NCBI GenBank assembly: GCA_965237955.1 | Contig: OZ250169.1 | Location: 2,016,001-2,080,000 of the forward strand | From: Candidatus Marinacidobacterales bacterium | GTDB taxonomy: Bacteria; Acidobacteriota; Vicinamibacteria; Marinacidobacterales; SMYC01 | Direction of reading: 5' to 3' | Length of the DNA stretch: 64,000 nt | Part shown: positions 12,736 through 25,085 of the stretch, piece after piece | How positions within the stretch are numbered: the stretch's first letter is position 1 | Layout of the letters: each line of letters opens with the position of its first letter | The notes under the pieces: generated by a model | What the model was told of the DNA's origin: nothing | The model's database searches: none | What the model saw: the letters and a program-made list of their open reading frames with translations, nothing else | Program-made: the position numbers and the translations under genes

Positions 12736-13149
12736 TGCGTATTCCAGCCATCGTGAACGCCGAATCCAGAGCAAGCTGAACAGCGAATCCGGTGAAGCCG
12801 AACGCTCATCGAAGCGATGAAGTGTTGGGTGACCTCCTTTCCACTGATTGAAAACGTGAACCTATCTTACCTGCGTGTTGTGTAGCAAGGGGCGGCAGGT
12901 CGCTGCCTACGGGAGCGGGCGTAAGGAAAGACGCGAAGCGACCTTCCCGCTCCCGTAGGCAGCGACCTGCCGCGGCCGAACCCCGGGCGATGTGGGGCTG
13001 GTTTCGGGGGGTTGCTGGGGTATGGCCTGGCTCGAGAAGACGCTTCCTGAGGCATTCTCGCGCGTCGTTTTGGCGCCGCATCGTCTGGTACCCCGGGTTT
13101 GGCGGTTTCACCCGTTTTTATCGCATCGACGCTGTGGTCCCTCGCTCGC

Positions 13150-13908
13150 TCATGCATCGGCGTTGTCAAATGCCTTTGGCGCAGCCTTGGTCTTTCTCAG
13201 AGAAGCTCCTTTGAGAGTGATGCGGTGCGCGCTGTGGAGAATGCGATCGCAGATAGCGTCTGCCTGGTTTGGGTCGCCAATCGCTTCGTGCCACTGCTTG
13301 AGCGGAATCTGGGTCGCGATGAGTGTGGAGCCACGCTCGGCGCGGTCTTCGATGACCTCCATTAGATCCCGTCTCTCCGATTCTTTCAGCGGGTGAAGCA
13401 GCCAATCATCGATAGCCAGTAAGTCCAGCTTGGCGAGTTTCGTCAAAAGCCGGGCGTAGGAACCATCACCACGAGCGACCGCGAGCTCGTGGAGCAAGCG
13501 CGGTGCTCGCACGTAGCATCCGGTGAAGCCGCGACGACAGGCCCGCTCCACGAAGGCGCAAGCCAAGAACGATTTGCCAATCCCCGTCGGGCCGGTGATG
13601 AGCAGGTTATGGCGCTCACCGACAAAGCGGCAGTTGCCCAGGCTCAAGATCTGTTCGCGGTTTAAGCCTCGAGGCGCTTGGAAGTTCACGTTCTCCAAAC
13701 ATGCCGGATAGCGGAGCTTTGCCGCTCGCAGTCGTCGAGAAAGCTTACGCTGTTCGCGGGCGGTCCACTCGGCATCGACCAGGAGTCCCACACGTTCCTC
13801 GAAGCTCAGCTCCTTGTATTCGCTCGAGCTCAACTGGGTTTCGAACGCGGACACCAAGCCGAACAACTTCATGGCGTTCATCTTTTCTATCGTTTCGGGT
13901 GTCAGCAT
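13150..13908 (-). CDS. istB: IS21 IstB ATPase
   Basis: GPTGIGKS, LLAIDDW, ADAICDRILH. Confidence 0.92.
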   Translation of the reverse strand: MLTPETIEKMNAMKLFGLVSAFETQLSSSEYKELSFEERVGLLVDAEWTAREQRKLSRRLRAAKLRYPACLENVNFQAPRGLNREQILSLGNCRFVGERHNLLITGPTGIGKSFLACAFVERACRRGFTGCYVRAPRLLHELAVARGDGSYARLLTKLAKLDLLAIDDWLLHPLKESERRDLMEVIEDRAERGSTLIATQIPLKQWHEAIGDPNQADAICDRILHSAHRITLKGASLRKTKAAPKAFDNADA

Positions 13909-15458
13909 CGGGACTCTCCTCCTTCGTAGTGATCCGCGCCTCGGATGTTCTCGTGCTCCTCTCGCGGTTTCGCTTCGGCGTCCGATTCGAGCACCACACG
14001 ATCTAGACCAGCCGAGAGAATGTTTTTCACCGTGCGATAGCTGTAAGAGCTCAAAGCTTCCGCTCGTGCGCAAGCGGCCTCGAGACGCTCACTGCCCCAG
14101 CGGCTGCCTAGTCGCATGACTCCCAGGCAAGAGCGAAATCCCTGCTCCGGGTGAGGCCGACTCTCTAGAATCCCCGCAACCAGCCTTCCCGTGGCGCGAC
14201 CTGACTGCTCCGCCCAGTGGAGCAGCCGCGACGGCGTCCACTCCAGGTGCTCCCGATGCGAACGTGGCATATGCTCCGGGTTCGTGGAGTAGTGCCCCTT
14301 TCCTTTCTTGCGGGGATGCGACGCGACGCGCTTTCCCTTGAACAGGACCTCCACCACCGAGGCCGTCACCCGTGCCTCGACTTTCTCGTGAATGAGCTGA
14401 TAGGGAACGCTGTACAAGTTGTTCTCCACCTCCACGTGGTAGTCGATGTTCACTCTGCACCGCTTCCACGTCGATAACTCGTAGCTCTCCTGCGGTAGCG
14501 GTTTCAGTACGGGCCGGTCTAGCCTTTCGTACAACTCCCGCCGACTCACACCGAGCTTCTGCATCGGACGCGCATTCAGGACCTCTAACTTCTCCCAGAT
14601 GGCTTCGTTCAGTTCCGCCAGGCTGAAGAACGTGCGATGACGAAGCACCGCCAGGATCCAGCGCTGCGCCACCTGCACTGCCGACTCCACCTTCGCTTTG
14701 TCTTTCGGCTTGAACACCCGAGCCGGGACCACAACCGCACCGTAATGCGTCGCCAGCTCTTCGTACGTCCGGTTGATCCCTGGCTCGTAACGGTCCACCA
14801 AATCCACGCCGCTCTTCAAGTTGTCCGGAACCCAGATCTCCGTACTGCCACCGAAGTAATCCGACATCCCCTTATGGGCCTTCGCCCACGATTCCAGCGA
14901 CTGGTTCAGTGTCGCTTCGACGTAGGTGTAACTGCTCGCGCCCAACGTCCCGACGAACAGCTCCATTTCGACGAGCTCTCCCGTTTTCGGATCGACGATG
15001 TGAGGCTTCTTCCCCGAAAAATAGACGAATGTCTTCTCGCCTGCTCGATGCCGTTGACGCATCGTCGGGTTCAGCTTCTTCTTCCACTGACCGTACAGCT
15101 CGCAATAACGGCTGTAGCCGTACGCTCCCGGCTTATTCTCCGCGTACTCCACCCACAGCTGCAGCAACGTCAGCTCTCGGTGACGCCTCAGCTCCTCGTG
15201 GATGTGGGCATAGTCCAGACCCGGCCGTGCGCCAGACGAGCCCGGCGGCGGAAACAGCCCTGCCTCCAGCTCCCCGTCGCTCAGCTCCTCCGGGAGCGGC
15301 CAGCTCAGACCACCCTTCTTCGCCTTGGCCAGGTACTCACTCACCGTTCCAACCGCCACGCGAAGTGCCTTTGCGATCATGCGGTGAGTAAAACCCAGCT
15401 CGTACTTTAACCTTAGAACCTCTCGTATTTTTCTCATCGATAACCTCTTAGCTGCCAT
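13902..15458 (-). CDS. istA: IS21 IstA transposase (FVYFSG where the family normally has the catalytic D, FVDFSG)
   Basis: MRKIREVLRL, HRAGEKTF, VPDNLKSGV, KPKDKAKVESAV, VNIDYHV. Confidence 0.9.
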   Translation of the reverse strand: MAAKRLSMRKIREVLRLKYELGFTHRMIAKALRVAVGTVSEYLAKAKKGGLSWPLPEELSDGELEAGLFPPPGSSGARPGLDYAHIHEELRRHRELTLLQLWVEYAENKPGAYGYSRYCELYGQWKKKLNPTMRQRHRAGEKTFVYFSGKKPHIVDPKTGELVEMELFVGTLGASSYTYVEATLNQSLESWAKAHKGMSDYFGGSTEIWVPDNLKSGVDLVDRYEPGINRTYEELATHYGAVVVPARVFKPKDKAKVESAVQVAQRWILAVLRHRTFFSLAELNEAIWEKLEVLNARPMQKLGVSRRELYERLDRPVLKPLPQESYELSTWKRCRVNIDYHVEVENNLYSVPYQLIHEKVEARVTASVVEVLFKGKRVASHPRKKGKGHYSTNPEHMPRSHREHLEWTPSRLLHWAEQSGRATGRLVAGILESRPHPEQGFRSCLGVMRLGSRWGSERLEAACARAEALSSYSYRTVKNILSAGLDRVVLESDAEAKPREEHENIRGADHYEGGESRC

Positions 15459-15518
15459 TTCCTAGATCGTCCTCCTTCCGGGTACGACCTAGAGTTGCCT
15501 TGAAACGTGCTATCGATG

Positions 15519-15678
15519 AGCGTTCGCGATGCCGGAACCGGCGTTCACGTTGCCTGGAATCCGTGTTCACCTTCCCCGGAATCGATGTTCACGATCCCCG
15601 GAATCCGTGTTCACGATGCTTTGGAATGGATGTTCACCTTCGGCTGGAATCTGCGTTCACGATGCCCCGGAATACGCA
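15519..15678. repeat. About seven tandem ~22-24-bp subterminal transposase-binding repeats of IS21
   Basis: GTTCACGATGCC(CC)GGAAT units abutting the IS terminus. Confidence 0.85.
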
Positions 15679-16466
15679 CTCTCCATGCGATGAAATTGTA
15701 CGCGTGGATGCGGAACGCGGAAATTACCGCCGATCGAGTAGGCATGGTTTGTTGCCGCAGCTTCGACGTCGCGGCCAATACGTTCTTCAAGCTGTCTTCG
15801 GGTATCACGTCTTCCGTTTTCCAGTTCAGCGTGAAGGAGTACCTGGCGCAGCTCGATGATCTTCGAAGCGAGGTAGCCTCGCAGGAGTCCGATCCAGAGG
15901 ACTGGTTCAGCCCGTATCCCTTCAATCCCATGCGGCTGAAAGCGCTTGAAGTCTTCACCAAGGGCCAGCCCTACCGCGAGCTGATCGGCTCCAACGGAGG
16001 AACCCTCACTGCCGACGAAGTCGCCGATCAGGTGACCGAGCTCATGAGCATCATGGAGCCGACACACCTGACCGACACCGGCGACGTCGGCGACAAGGCG
16101 CGCGCCTATCTACTGAGGGCAAAGTTTCTCGTGGCGGCCGCCAACGGAGTCTTCGAGCGTTCCGAGGTCGAGGCACTCGAGAGTTTGGTGGGGCTGGCCG
16201 TCTCACTGGACGAGATTCGTGAAGTCTTCAACCAGCCCGTCGATGTAGTCCGTGAGCAAGTAGTTGAGCTTTCCAAGGACATTGCCTACATGATGACCGG
16301 CCTCCAGAGGCTTCAGCTGATTCGGGACATTGTTGTGATTTCCTACGCGGACGGATCGATCGACCAGCAGGAAATCGATTGCCTCGTTTGGCTCTGCGAG
16401 AATGTCGGAGTCAACCCGCGGTTCATTCAGCAGATCCTCACTAGCGCGGCCCGCGGAGTGGATTAG
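15679..16466 (+). pseudogene. C-terminal part of an M48-like peptidase / TerB-domain protein, 5'-truncated by IS21
   Basis: WMRNAEITADR, HP-like YPFNPMR; TerB-like VAAANGVFERSE and ISYADGSIDQQE. Confidence 0.6.
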
Positions 16467-16585
16467 AGTTCTTCGACTTGGATCTTCAGGGCGGCGAGCG
16501 TTGTGGCCGATCCGTCGAGCCCTTGTGATGATGCTAGGATCATCCGACCGACGGAAAGCGGCGAGAAGGCGCAAGCCTGCCTGGG

Positions 16586-17456
16586 CGTCGTGTCCTAAAA
16601 TGCGAACGGAGCCGAAAGCTCGAATCCTGGAGGCGTTCTCGAGATTCGCGGAGACCAGCCGACGCGACACGGGCTCTGCGATAGGCGCTCCCGAGCAGGA
16701 CCTCTCCTCCAGACCATCCGTTTCGTCCAGCTGGCGCGCCCGAACTCCTATGCGGCGGCGCGGTGGTAATAACTGAGCAAACCGCCCAATCGCTTACGAC
16801 ATCGCACCTTCCCGTGAGGACTGCCGACGCATTCTTCCGCTTCGAGCAACGAGTTCCCAAGCCCTTGATGGTTGCGCTCTCCGTGATAATGATGGATGAA
16901 CTCAGTGATGGCACGACGCAGCGATGGCTCACTGAAGAAGATCATCCGCTCCAAGCACTCGCTCTTGATCGACAAAACAAACCTTTCGACATAAGCGTTC
17001 AGATTCGGCGAACAGTGCGGCAGCCGAATGACGTCAGTTCCGGCGTGCTCGAGCAAATCGCGAAACTCCGTAGTGAACTTCCTGTCGCGGTCCAGGATGA
17101 GGAATCGCTTGCCGCGCAGAAAGCCGTCGAATGGGTCGGTGAGATTCCGACCCCCGGAGTGATTCCGGCAATGTGTACTTTTCGCGAAGACAGCTCGATG
17201 ACGACGAGCACATAGTAGGTCACGAGCCTACGAACTGTGGCGACCTCGACGGTGAAGAAGTCGGTCGCCGCAACGGTTTCCCAATGGGCGGCGAGAAACG
17301 TACGCCATGGCGTTCGCTCACTTCGCTCCGGCGCAGGCTCGATGCCATGTTCTCGCAGAATATTGGCAATGGTGCTCCTGGCTACCGTATGGCCGAGATT
17401 CAACAGGGCGCCGCGAATGCGTGTATACCCCCACTTCGGATTCGACTTCGCCATCC
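16586..17456 (-). mobile_element. Right end (type B2, tip 16586) and fragmented C-terminal rve transposase
   Basis: [65 protein letters not shown]; a short inverted segment at ~17045-17150. Confidence 0.85.
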
Positions 17457-17970
17457 CGTCGTGTCCAAAAACACAAACGGACTCAAGACCGTCGCGCCGG
17501 GACGTTTCGCATCGGTCAGGCGCAAGCGACCCTGGATCTGATTTCGAAGAACTCGATTCTCGGCCACAAGATACCCGTTGCGCAGGAGCAATTTCTCATC
17601 CACGGATCCTGAGACGTAGCCCAGCATGGTCTTCCAGTCCATCGCGACTCCTTCCGCTGAACTGGAATACGTATCCGACCGCGATGGCGGATTCAAGCAG
17701 CCTTTGGAAAGGTGCAAACTGCTGACCCGCTGGGCGTTCGAGTATATTGACCAGACGCGACGTCGAGCTCGACGTACTATTTGCACCATACGGGGTTGCT
17801 CCGTTTCTACCATCGGGAAGCCGCATGAGTATTTTGATCTAACGACCACGTGCAATTCCTACCGCTCGTTCTGGCTGGCTGGGTCAACCGCCAGCAACAG
17901 GATGTGATTGACTAGCTGCGAGAGGAGAACCGTGTGCTCCGAGCCGGGCTTCGGGGCAAACGTCTCTGGC
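17457..17970. mobile_element. Stack of rve-element ends and transposase N-terminal scraps (B1 tip 17457; F/G tips 17757, 17792, 17844)
   Basis: CGTCGTGTCCAAAAACACAAACG; [22 protein letters not shown] (minus); TTGACCAGACG, TTGCACCATACG, TTTTGATCTAACG; [12 protein letters not shown] scrap. Confidence 0.8.
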
Positions 17971-18036
17971 TTTTTCGCTTGCATCGTTCTCACATTTTGT
18001 ATATATGGCATTGTTGGGTTCTATTAGGAGGGAGCG

Positions 18037-18354
18037 ATGAAGAGAATCTTTGGTTTCGCTGCGATCGCAACTCTTATGTTGATAGTGGGTTTCACCCACG
18101 CCATCGCCGCGCAGGAATCGGAGGCCGTGCAGGAATCGGAAGCGGTAACCGACGCCGCTGGGGAAGCCGCTGAGGCTGCTGGCGAGATGGCGGACTCGGC
18201 TGCCGAATCGGTAGAAGAAATGGCAGAGTCCACCGCTGAAACGGATGAGGCGGCGGCAGCGGAGACCGGGATGAGCCCCGGGCTCATGTTCGGTCTTTTG
18301 ATCCTGGCGCTGGTTCTGGTGGTGCTTGCGGTGAAGCGGCTGCGCAAAGCTTGA
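18037..18354 (+). CDS. Small secreted, acidic low-complexity protein with a C-terminal membrane anchor
   Basis: RBS AGGAGGGAG; signal peptide ..THAIAA; E/A-rich linker; TM helix followed by KRLRKA. Confidence 0.75.
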   Translation: MKRIFGFAAIATLMLIVGFTHAIAAQESEAVQESEAVTDAAGEAAEAAGEMADSAAESVEEMAESTAETDEAAAAETGMSPGLMFGLLILALVLVVLAVKRLRKA

Positions 18355-18401
18355 GGTAATCCAACCTTCGCAATCAAGATGGCGCACGGCGACGGGGACA
18401 A

Positions 18402-18533
18402 CTAGTCCCCTGGATCTTTGATTACTATACAAAGTTAGGCTTTTCGCCAGCCCATAAGATCATAAGATTCATGCACTTAGAATGGTTTCGGCAAGCTCTG
18501 CTTTATCTAGTTTGTTCTGATACAGGGGACTAG
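18402..18533. mobile_element. IS630-like MITE, copy 2
   Basis: CTAGTCCCCTG...CAGGGGACTAG; near-identical to 8592-8724. Confidence 0.85.
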
Positions 18534-18553
18534 GCCCACGCCCTCGCCAGACC

Positions 18554-18859
18554 TGTGCCTTCTATTTATTCATCCGGGCGCCCCGAACTTGATTAGTCTC
18601 CGGTCTGCCGGCACCATACCTGCTTGATTTCGTCGTTTGTTCGCGCTCTCATCTCCGCCTTCAAGGCTCGTCGCGAACTGGCTCTTGACAATGTCGCTCT
18701 TCGGCAGCAGCTCGCCGTCCTCTGCCGTACGGTGAAACGGCGCGGCTCTCGAAGGTCGACTGCGGGTGGGGTAACTGTAAAGCCTAGGGGCCCTTGGCCC
18801 AGTCGCTAAGCTGCTGATTTATGGTCTATTTCGAAAGGGCCGAGTTTTGGTACAGGACG
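18554..18859. mobile_element. Type-C left end with transposase start, fused to a type-A end (tip 18859)
   Basis: TGTGCCTTCTATTTATTCATCCG; ISSFVRALISAFKARRELALDNVALRQQLAVL; CTAAGCTGCTGATTT...GAGTTTTGGTACAGGACG. Confidence 0.8.
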
Positions 18860-18952
18860 GGGTCGTTTTACCCACAAGGAAGTTTCCTGAGATTATGAAC
18901 GCCGACTGCCCCGTGGCCAGCTCCTATCGATCTGGCCCACAATAGCCGGACG

Positions 18953-21493
18953 ATGACGGGTCCCCTCTACGAGTTGCTGCCCCGCGGCGAGGCAGGGAGC
19001 GACGAGCTTCTCGGTCGCTTCCTCGACTATATCTCGCACCTGGGTCTCACACTCTACCCAGCTCAGGAGGACGCGATCCTCGCGCTCTTCGAGGGGCACA
19101 ACGTCATCCTGAACACCCCTACCGGTTCAGGGAAGTCGCTGGTCGCCTCCGCGCTACACTTCATGTCTCTCGCTCATGGGCGACGCTCCGTCTACACCTG
19201 TCCCATCAAAGCGCTAGTCAACGAGAAGTGGATGGCACTCTGCCGCGAGCTTGGTCCTAGGAACGTCGGCCTCTCCACGGGCGACGCCACCGTCAACCGC
19301 GGAGGACCAGTCCTCTGCTGCACCGCGGAGATCCTCGCGAACATGGCCTTGCGAGAGGGGAAAGATGCGGCGGTGGACGACGTGGTGATGGACGAGTTCC
19401 ACTGGTACGCCGACCGCGATCGCGGGGTTGCCTGGCAGGTACCGCTTCTTACCCTGCCCCAGACACGCTTCCTCCTCATGTCCGCCACTCTCGGTGACGT
19501 GGCCTTCTTCGAGGAGGCGCTCACCGGCCGGAATGGTCGGACCACCGTCACGGTGAAGTCCATTGAGCGACCCGTTCCGCTCGACCACGCCTATTCCGAG
19601 ATCCCCTTGGCGAAGGCGGTAGAAAAGCTCGCCTCCGAGGACAAGGCGCCGATCTACATCGTTCACTTCACGCAGAAAGACGCCGCGGACAGCGCGCAGG
19701 CCTTCACGAGCCTCAGGCTCTCGACCCGTCAGGAGAAGAACCAGGTAGCGGCGGCGATCGAAGGGGTCCGCTTCACGAGCCCCTACGGCCCCAAGGTCCG
19801 CAAGTGGCTCCGGCAGGGCATAGGTGTGCACCACGCGGGACTCCTTCCCAAGTACCGGGTGCTGGTCGAACAACTCGTCCAGCAAGGACTCCTCAAGGTC
19901 ATCTGCGGCACGGACACGCTGGGTGTGGGCATCAACGTGCCGATCCGGACGGTTCTCTTCACCAGGCTCTGCAAATTCGACGGGCACAAGACGGCGGTCC
20001 TCTCCGCCCGCGATTTCCACCAGATCGCCGGGCGCGCGGGCAGGAAGGGCTTCGACGAGGAAGGCTTCGTGGTGGCACAGGCCCCGGATCATGTGATCGA
20101 GAACTTGAAACTCGGGGAGAAGGCGAAAGAGGGCAAGAAGGTCGTCAAGAGGAACCCCCCCGAGCACAACTTCGCCAACTGGGACCGGCAGACCTATGAG
20201 CGGCTCATCGTCGCTCCCCCGGAGCGACTCACTTCCCGTTTCGACGTGTCGCACGGGATGCTCTTGAACGTCCTTTCGCGTCAGAGCGACGGGTGCCTCG
20301 CGATGCGGAGGCTTATCCGGGTGAGCCACGAGCCCGACCGCGCCAAGGGAGGTCACTTTCGACGGGGATGGCAGCTTTTCCGTTCCCTTTTGGCGCGCGG
20401 CATCGTCGAAATCGTTCCCAGAACGGCGGAGGGCTCGCGGCTTCGTGTGAATGTCGAGCTTCAAGAGGACTTCTCGATGGATCAAGCCCTCTCGCTCTAT
20501 CTTCTCGAGACGCTCCCGCTCCTCGACCCGGAGTCGGAGATCTACGCGCTCGACATCCTCACGCTGGTCGAAAGCATTCTCGAGGACCCAAAGCTTATCC
20601 TGCGCCGACAGCTCGACAAGCTGAAGGGGAGGGCGGTCGCGGAGATGAAGGCCGAGGGCCTCGACTACGACCAGCGCATGGAAGAACTCGAAAAGCTCGA
20701 GTACCCGAAGCCTCTGCGGGAATTCATCTACGCGACGTTCAACGCCTTCGCCGACCGGCACCCCTGGGTCGAGGAGGAGAACATCCGGCCGAAGTCGATC
20801 GCGCGGGAGATGTTCGAGAGCTTTCGCTCGTTCTCGGATTACGTGCAGGAGTACGACCTTGAGCGGGCCGAGGGGCTCCTCCTGCGCCACCTCAATAGCG
20901 TCTACAAGGTTCTCCGACAGACCGTGCCAGACCAGGTGAAGACCGACGAGGTCGTCGAGATGGAACTCTACCTGCGCGATATGTTGCGTCAGGTGGACTC
21001 GAGCCTTCTTGAGGAGTGGGAGAGGATGCGCGACTCGAACTACCGGCCGGAGGAGCGGGAGGAGTCGCGGCCACCACTTTCGGAGGAGGCACCGGACGTC
21101 ACGCACGATACCAAAGCCTTCACTGCCGCCATTCGCACGCGTGTCTTCGCCTTCCTCCGTGCGTGGTCGGTCGGAGACGACGAAGCGGCGCTTCGTACCA
21201 TCGACTCGGAAATTGATGCTGACGGAGAGCTCTGGAGCCCGGAGCGCCTGCACGCGGCTCGCGAGGCCTTTCGCGTAGACCACGCGGGCCTGCGCCTCGA
21301 CCCCGAGGCGCGGAACCTCCGCCACACGCACGTGAAACTCTCGGACGATCGGACTACATGGCGCGTCGAGCAGATGCTCGTGGATCTGGAGGACCTCAAT
21401 GATTGGATCGCGGAGCTGGGGGTAAATCTCGAAACCTCGCGCGAGGCAGGACAGCCGATGATTCAGCTACTGCGTCTCGAAACCCTGGTCTGA
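18953..21493 (+). CDS. Ski2-like DEAD/DEAH-box helicase with DUF3516 (HelY-like)
   Basis: [42 protein letters not shown]; C-terminal [12 protein letters not shown]. Confidence 0.92.
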   Translation: MTGPLYELLPRGEAGSDELLGRFLDYISHLGLTLYPAQEDAILALFEGHNVILNTPTGSGKSLVASALHFMSLAHGRRSVYTCPIKALVNEKWMALCRELGPRNVGLSTGDATVNRGGPVLCCTAEILANMALREGKDAAVDDVVMDEFHWYADRDRGVAWQVPLLTLPQTRFLLMSATLGDVAFFEEALTGRNGRTTVTVKSIERPVPLDHAYSEIPLAKAVEKLASEDKAPIYIVHFTQKDAADSAQAFTSLRLSTRQEKNQVAAAIEGVRFTSPYGPKVRKWLRQGIGVHHAGLLPKYRVLVEQLVQQGLLKVICGTDTLGVGINVPIRTVLFTRLCKFDGHKTAVLSARDFHQIAGRAGRKGFDEEGFVVAQAPDHVIENLKLGEKAKEGKKVVKRNPPEHNFANWDRQTYERLIVAPPERLTSRFDVSHGMLLNVLSRQSDGCLAMRRLIRVSHEPDRAKGGHFRRGWQLFRSLLARGIVEIVPRTAEGSRLRVNVELQEDFSMDQALSLYLLETLPLLDPESEIYALDILTLVESILEDPKLILRRQLDKLKGRAVAEMKAEGLDYDQRMEELEKLEYPKPLREFIYATFNAFADRHPWVEEENIRPKSIAREMFESFRSFSDYVQEYDLERAEGLLLRHLNSVYKVLRQTVPDQVKTDEVVEMELYLRDMLRQVDSSLLEEWERMRDSNYRPEEREESRPPLSEEAPDVTHDTKAFTAAIRTRVFAFLRAWSVGDDEAALRTIDSEIDADGELWSPERLHAAREAFRVDHAGLRLDPEARNLRHTHVKLSDDRTTWRVEQMLVDLEDLNDWIAELGVNLETSREAGQPMIQLLRLETLV

Positions 21494-21561
21494 GCGGCGT
21501 TCAAGGGCGTGAGGTCAAAATACTCATGCGGCTTCCCGATGGTAGAAACAGAGCAACCCCG

Positions 21562-21655
21562 GTAGGGTCGAGGGCTGGCGCGGTGCTCCGTAGGCGCGGC
21601 CTATCTGTTTCTCCCCGTTTCCTGTGGGAGTGCCTCACTAGCCGCACCGTAAGTC
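21562..21655 (-). ncRNA. Group II intron 3' remnant (domain VI)
   Basis: Identical to 25086-25179; ends ...CCCTCGACCCTAC, followed by CGGGG. Confidence 0.85.
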
Positions 21656-21718
21656 GAGCCCGCGTGCGAGACGAGGAAACGGGAGAAACGACAGAGTTCA
21701 GGAGCGAGCTGTTGCCCC

Positions 21719-22951
<1,233 letters not shown>

Positions 22952-23188
22952 TGTCTCTTCATACTTTTTGCCTAAGCCACGCGCCTTTTCCCGGCATATC
23001 TTGGTCAATTCGGCAACGGCAGGTATGAGCGGCTGCGTCTTATCCTTGTCATCGGGCACCGCCACTCTGATCGCACAAGATGTGCCAGCACCTAAGAAGA
23101 AAGCGATAGGCTTGTCATGCCGCGCAAGATGGTCCCTCAGGCTGGAGAGTATTTGTTGAGCGTCATGCGTTTGCTGTGTATTGTTCAT
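22952..23188 (-). pseudogene. SIR2-like domain protein, N-terminal fragment truncated by IS3
   Basis: IAFFLGAGTS (SIR2 GAGxS motif) followed by LIPAVAELT; ATGA overlap with the upstream nuclease. Confidence 0.75.
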
Positions 23189-24687
23189 CCGGGCCCCTCC
23201 GGCATCACGATCAAGCTGTCAAGAGCATCCCGCAGAACGCGCGTCGCACGGCAATCGTCTTCGCTATAATCAAGAATGCGCTGGCGAATCGTAGGGTCAC
23301 CCGTTTCTACCCACCTATGGAACCATTCGATTGAAGCCGCCCCCGAGGGATGTGTGTCGCGCCACGCAAAGACGAGATAGTTCGCCAGTGTTTTGATTGA
23401 GAAGTCTCGTGTTGGCCATTCTGTGGCCTTCAGCACCACATTAGAATAGAGGTCCACGGCCCGTACCGGGTCGAATAGCGCCTCCAGTTCGTCCTCCTTG
23501 CAGACGTCCGGATATTTCTCACGTAGCTTTCGATAGATGGTTCGCTCGTACTTCGAGTAGTAGTAGATCACGCAGGGCTGGCTTTCCTGCATGTAGCGCC
23601 AAGCCTCGGCAAAAGCCTGCTTCTCAGCCTCTGCGGTTGTTTGCTCGGCGAAGAAAGTGATAAACCGTTCTGTGTCGTTGTCGCCGCCCCGCCGTTCGAC
23701 AAAACCGTGCAGGTAACAGATGTTGCGCATGGGATCGACTTCGATGTCGAAGTACAGTTCCAGATCGGCGACCGGCAGCGTTACCGGTTCGCGGAGATAG
23801 GGCTTGGCCTTCTTCCCCGCCGTAATCAGCTTCGCTCGGGCGTGCAGCTTCTCTAGAGTCGCGAGACCTATGCCGGGGAAGATCGTTTTCTTGCCCGTGA
23901 CAAATTCTGCGGGGTAAGCCTCGGCCAGGTCCCGGATCGTTGCGATACGTTCCATCATCACGTCACGCTTCGACCTGCCCAACTCAGGAATCAGCGTCAG
24001 ATCGTTCGCATCGGTTAGGCGTGAGATACAAGCGCTGTACCAATGACAGAGCTTGCAAACCCCGCTATAGGCGGCAAGCGTCTCCGTGCTCTTGCCGACT
24101 ATCGCCTGGGCCTCGGCGAGGCAATCCTGATAATCCTCCCAGAGCGTGCGTGGATTCCGTTTCCCGTATGGTTTTATAAAGTCATAGATGATTTCTTGGC
24201 CATCAATATCCCAGATAAAGCCACGTTTCCCGGCAGAAAGGCCCTTACGTTCCAGGATGTCTGTGTAGAGCCCGAGTTGCACCGCGTAGTGCTTCTTGGG
24301 TTTCGACAGGTCACCCGAGCCTTCCTCCCCTGCGCCTGACTTGATATCTCCAGCGACATACCCGTCACCCTCTTGGCGCAGCAGGTCCGGGTCTCCAAGA
24401 AGGCCTTCGGCCTGCATACGTCCACTGTAGATTAGCGGTTCGCCGCCATGCATAGCCTCAAAAGTCAGCCGTTCCTTTTCATCACCTGCGTATATTGAGA
24501 GATCGGTAAGGGGCATTTCCAGCCTCTCAATAACCTCTTTCTCATAGATGTTACCCTTCTCCCAAAGCAATTGAACAAACGGGTTTGACTCATCGCGTTG
24601 CGCCTGGTCGGCGAAAAGGTCCATGGTCACGCGATGCGGACAAGAAACCAAATCGTAAAGCATTGAGGCGGTGACCGGCGCGGTCAT
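23185..24687 (-). CDS. TM0106-family RecB-like nuclease (PD-(D/E)xK plus RNase H-like domain)
   Basis: CPHR, GDPDLL...DIKS, QLGLY, CKLCHWYSAC, YFDIE, VDLY, SIKTLA, YSEDDCRAT. Confidence 0.85.
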   Translation of the reverse strand: MTAPVTASMLYDLVSCPHRVTMDLFADQAQRDESNPFVQLLWEKGNIYEKEVIERLEMPLTDLSIYAGDEKERLTFEAMHGGEPLIYSGRMQAEGLLGDPDLLRQEGDGYVAGDIKSGAGEEGSGDLSKPKKHYAVQLGLYTDILERKGLSAGKRGFIWDIDGQEIIYDFIKPYGKRNPRTLWEDYQDCLAEAQAIVGKSTETLAAYSGVCKLCHWYSACISRLTDANDLTLIPELGRSKRDVMMERIATIRDLAEAYPAEFVTGKKTIFPGIGLATLEKLHARAKLITAGKKAKPYLREPVTLPVADLELYFDIEVDPMRNICYLHGFVERRGGDNDTERFITFFAEQTTAEAEKQAFAEAWRYMQESQPCVIYYYSKYERTIYRKLREKYPDVCKEDELEALFDPVRAVDLYSNVVLKATEWPTRDFSIKTLANYLVFAWRDTHPSGAASIEWFHRWVETGDPTIRQRILDYSEDDCRATRVLRDALDSLIVMPEGPG

Positions 24688-25085
24688 GATTCAGCCCTCC
24701 TTGTACTGACGGAAATTGGTAGCAAGGTCGGCAAATGATTTTGGGCTGTATCTGTTGAAGCTCTCTTCGTCCACAAAGACGAAATCATAGGACACGTCCG
24801 ACTGTGCCCGATTGATCTCCTCGCACCATGTCTTAGGAACACCAGCGTCCGACAATCGAAGTCACCTCGGCGAAGCCGACGCTCCAGCTTTCTCGTCGCT
24901 TTAAGGAGCGCTCGGATGATGACCAAATCCTCCCCCTGAATTCCGTTGGTCGGCTAGCCTTTGTCGACGTTGTCGAACAATAGCCACAATGAATTCTTCA
25001 GTCCCAAGTTAAGTGTCAGCAGTTCCCGCCTTGCATAAAGGTATCGCCAATCGAATCAGTACTGCAATGCAGTTTTGCAATCCCG

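Larger units (their letters stand above)
12736..15678 (-). mobile_element. Second IS21-family element (IS408-like)
   Basis: Ends TGCGTATTCC...ATCGTGAAC on both sides, with multiple subterminal repeats; no matching target duplication. Confidence 0.9.

Noticed and set aside
15519-15678. Tandem ~23-bp repeats resembling a mini CRISPR array
   Set aside because: No unique spacers, they abut the IS21 terminus and are mirrored at 12736-12805. These are IS21 transposase-binding repeats, and no cas genes are present.
19214-21331. 705-aa minus-strand ORF and similar long antisense ORFs (51064-52032, 61906-63147, 35021-35803)
   Set aside because: Shadows of well-supported genes on the opposite strand in GC-rich DNA, with no motifs.
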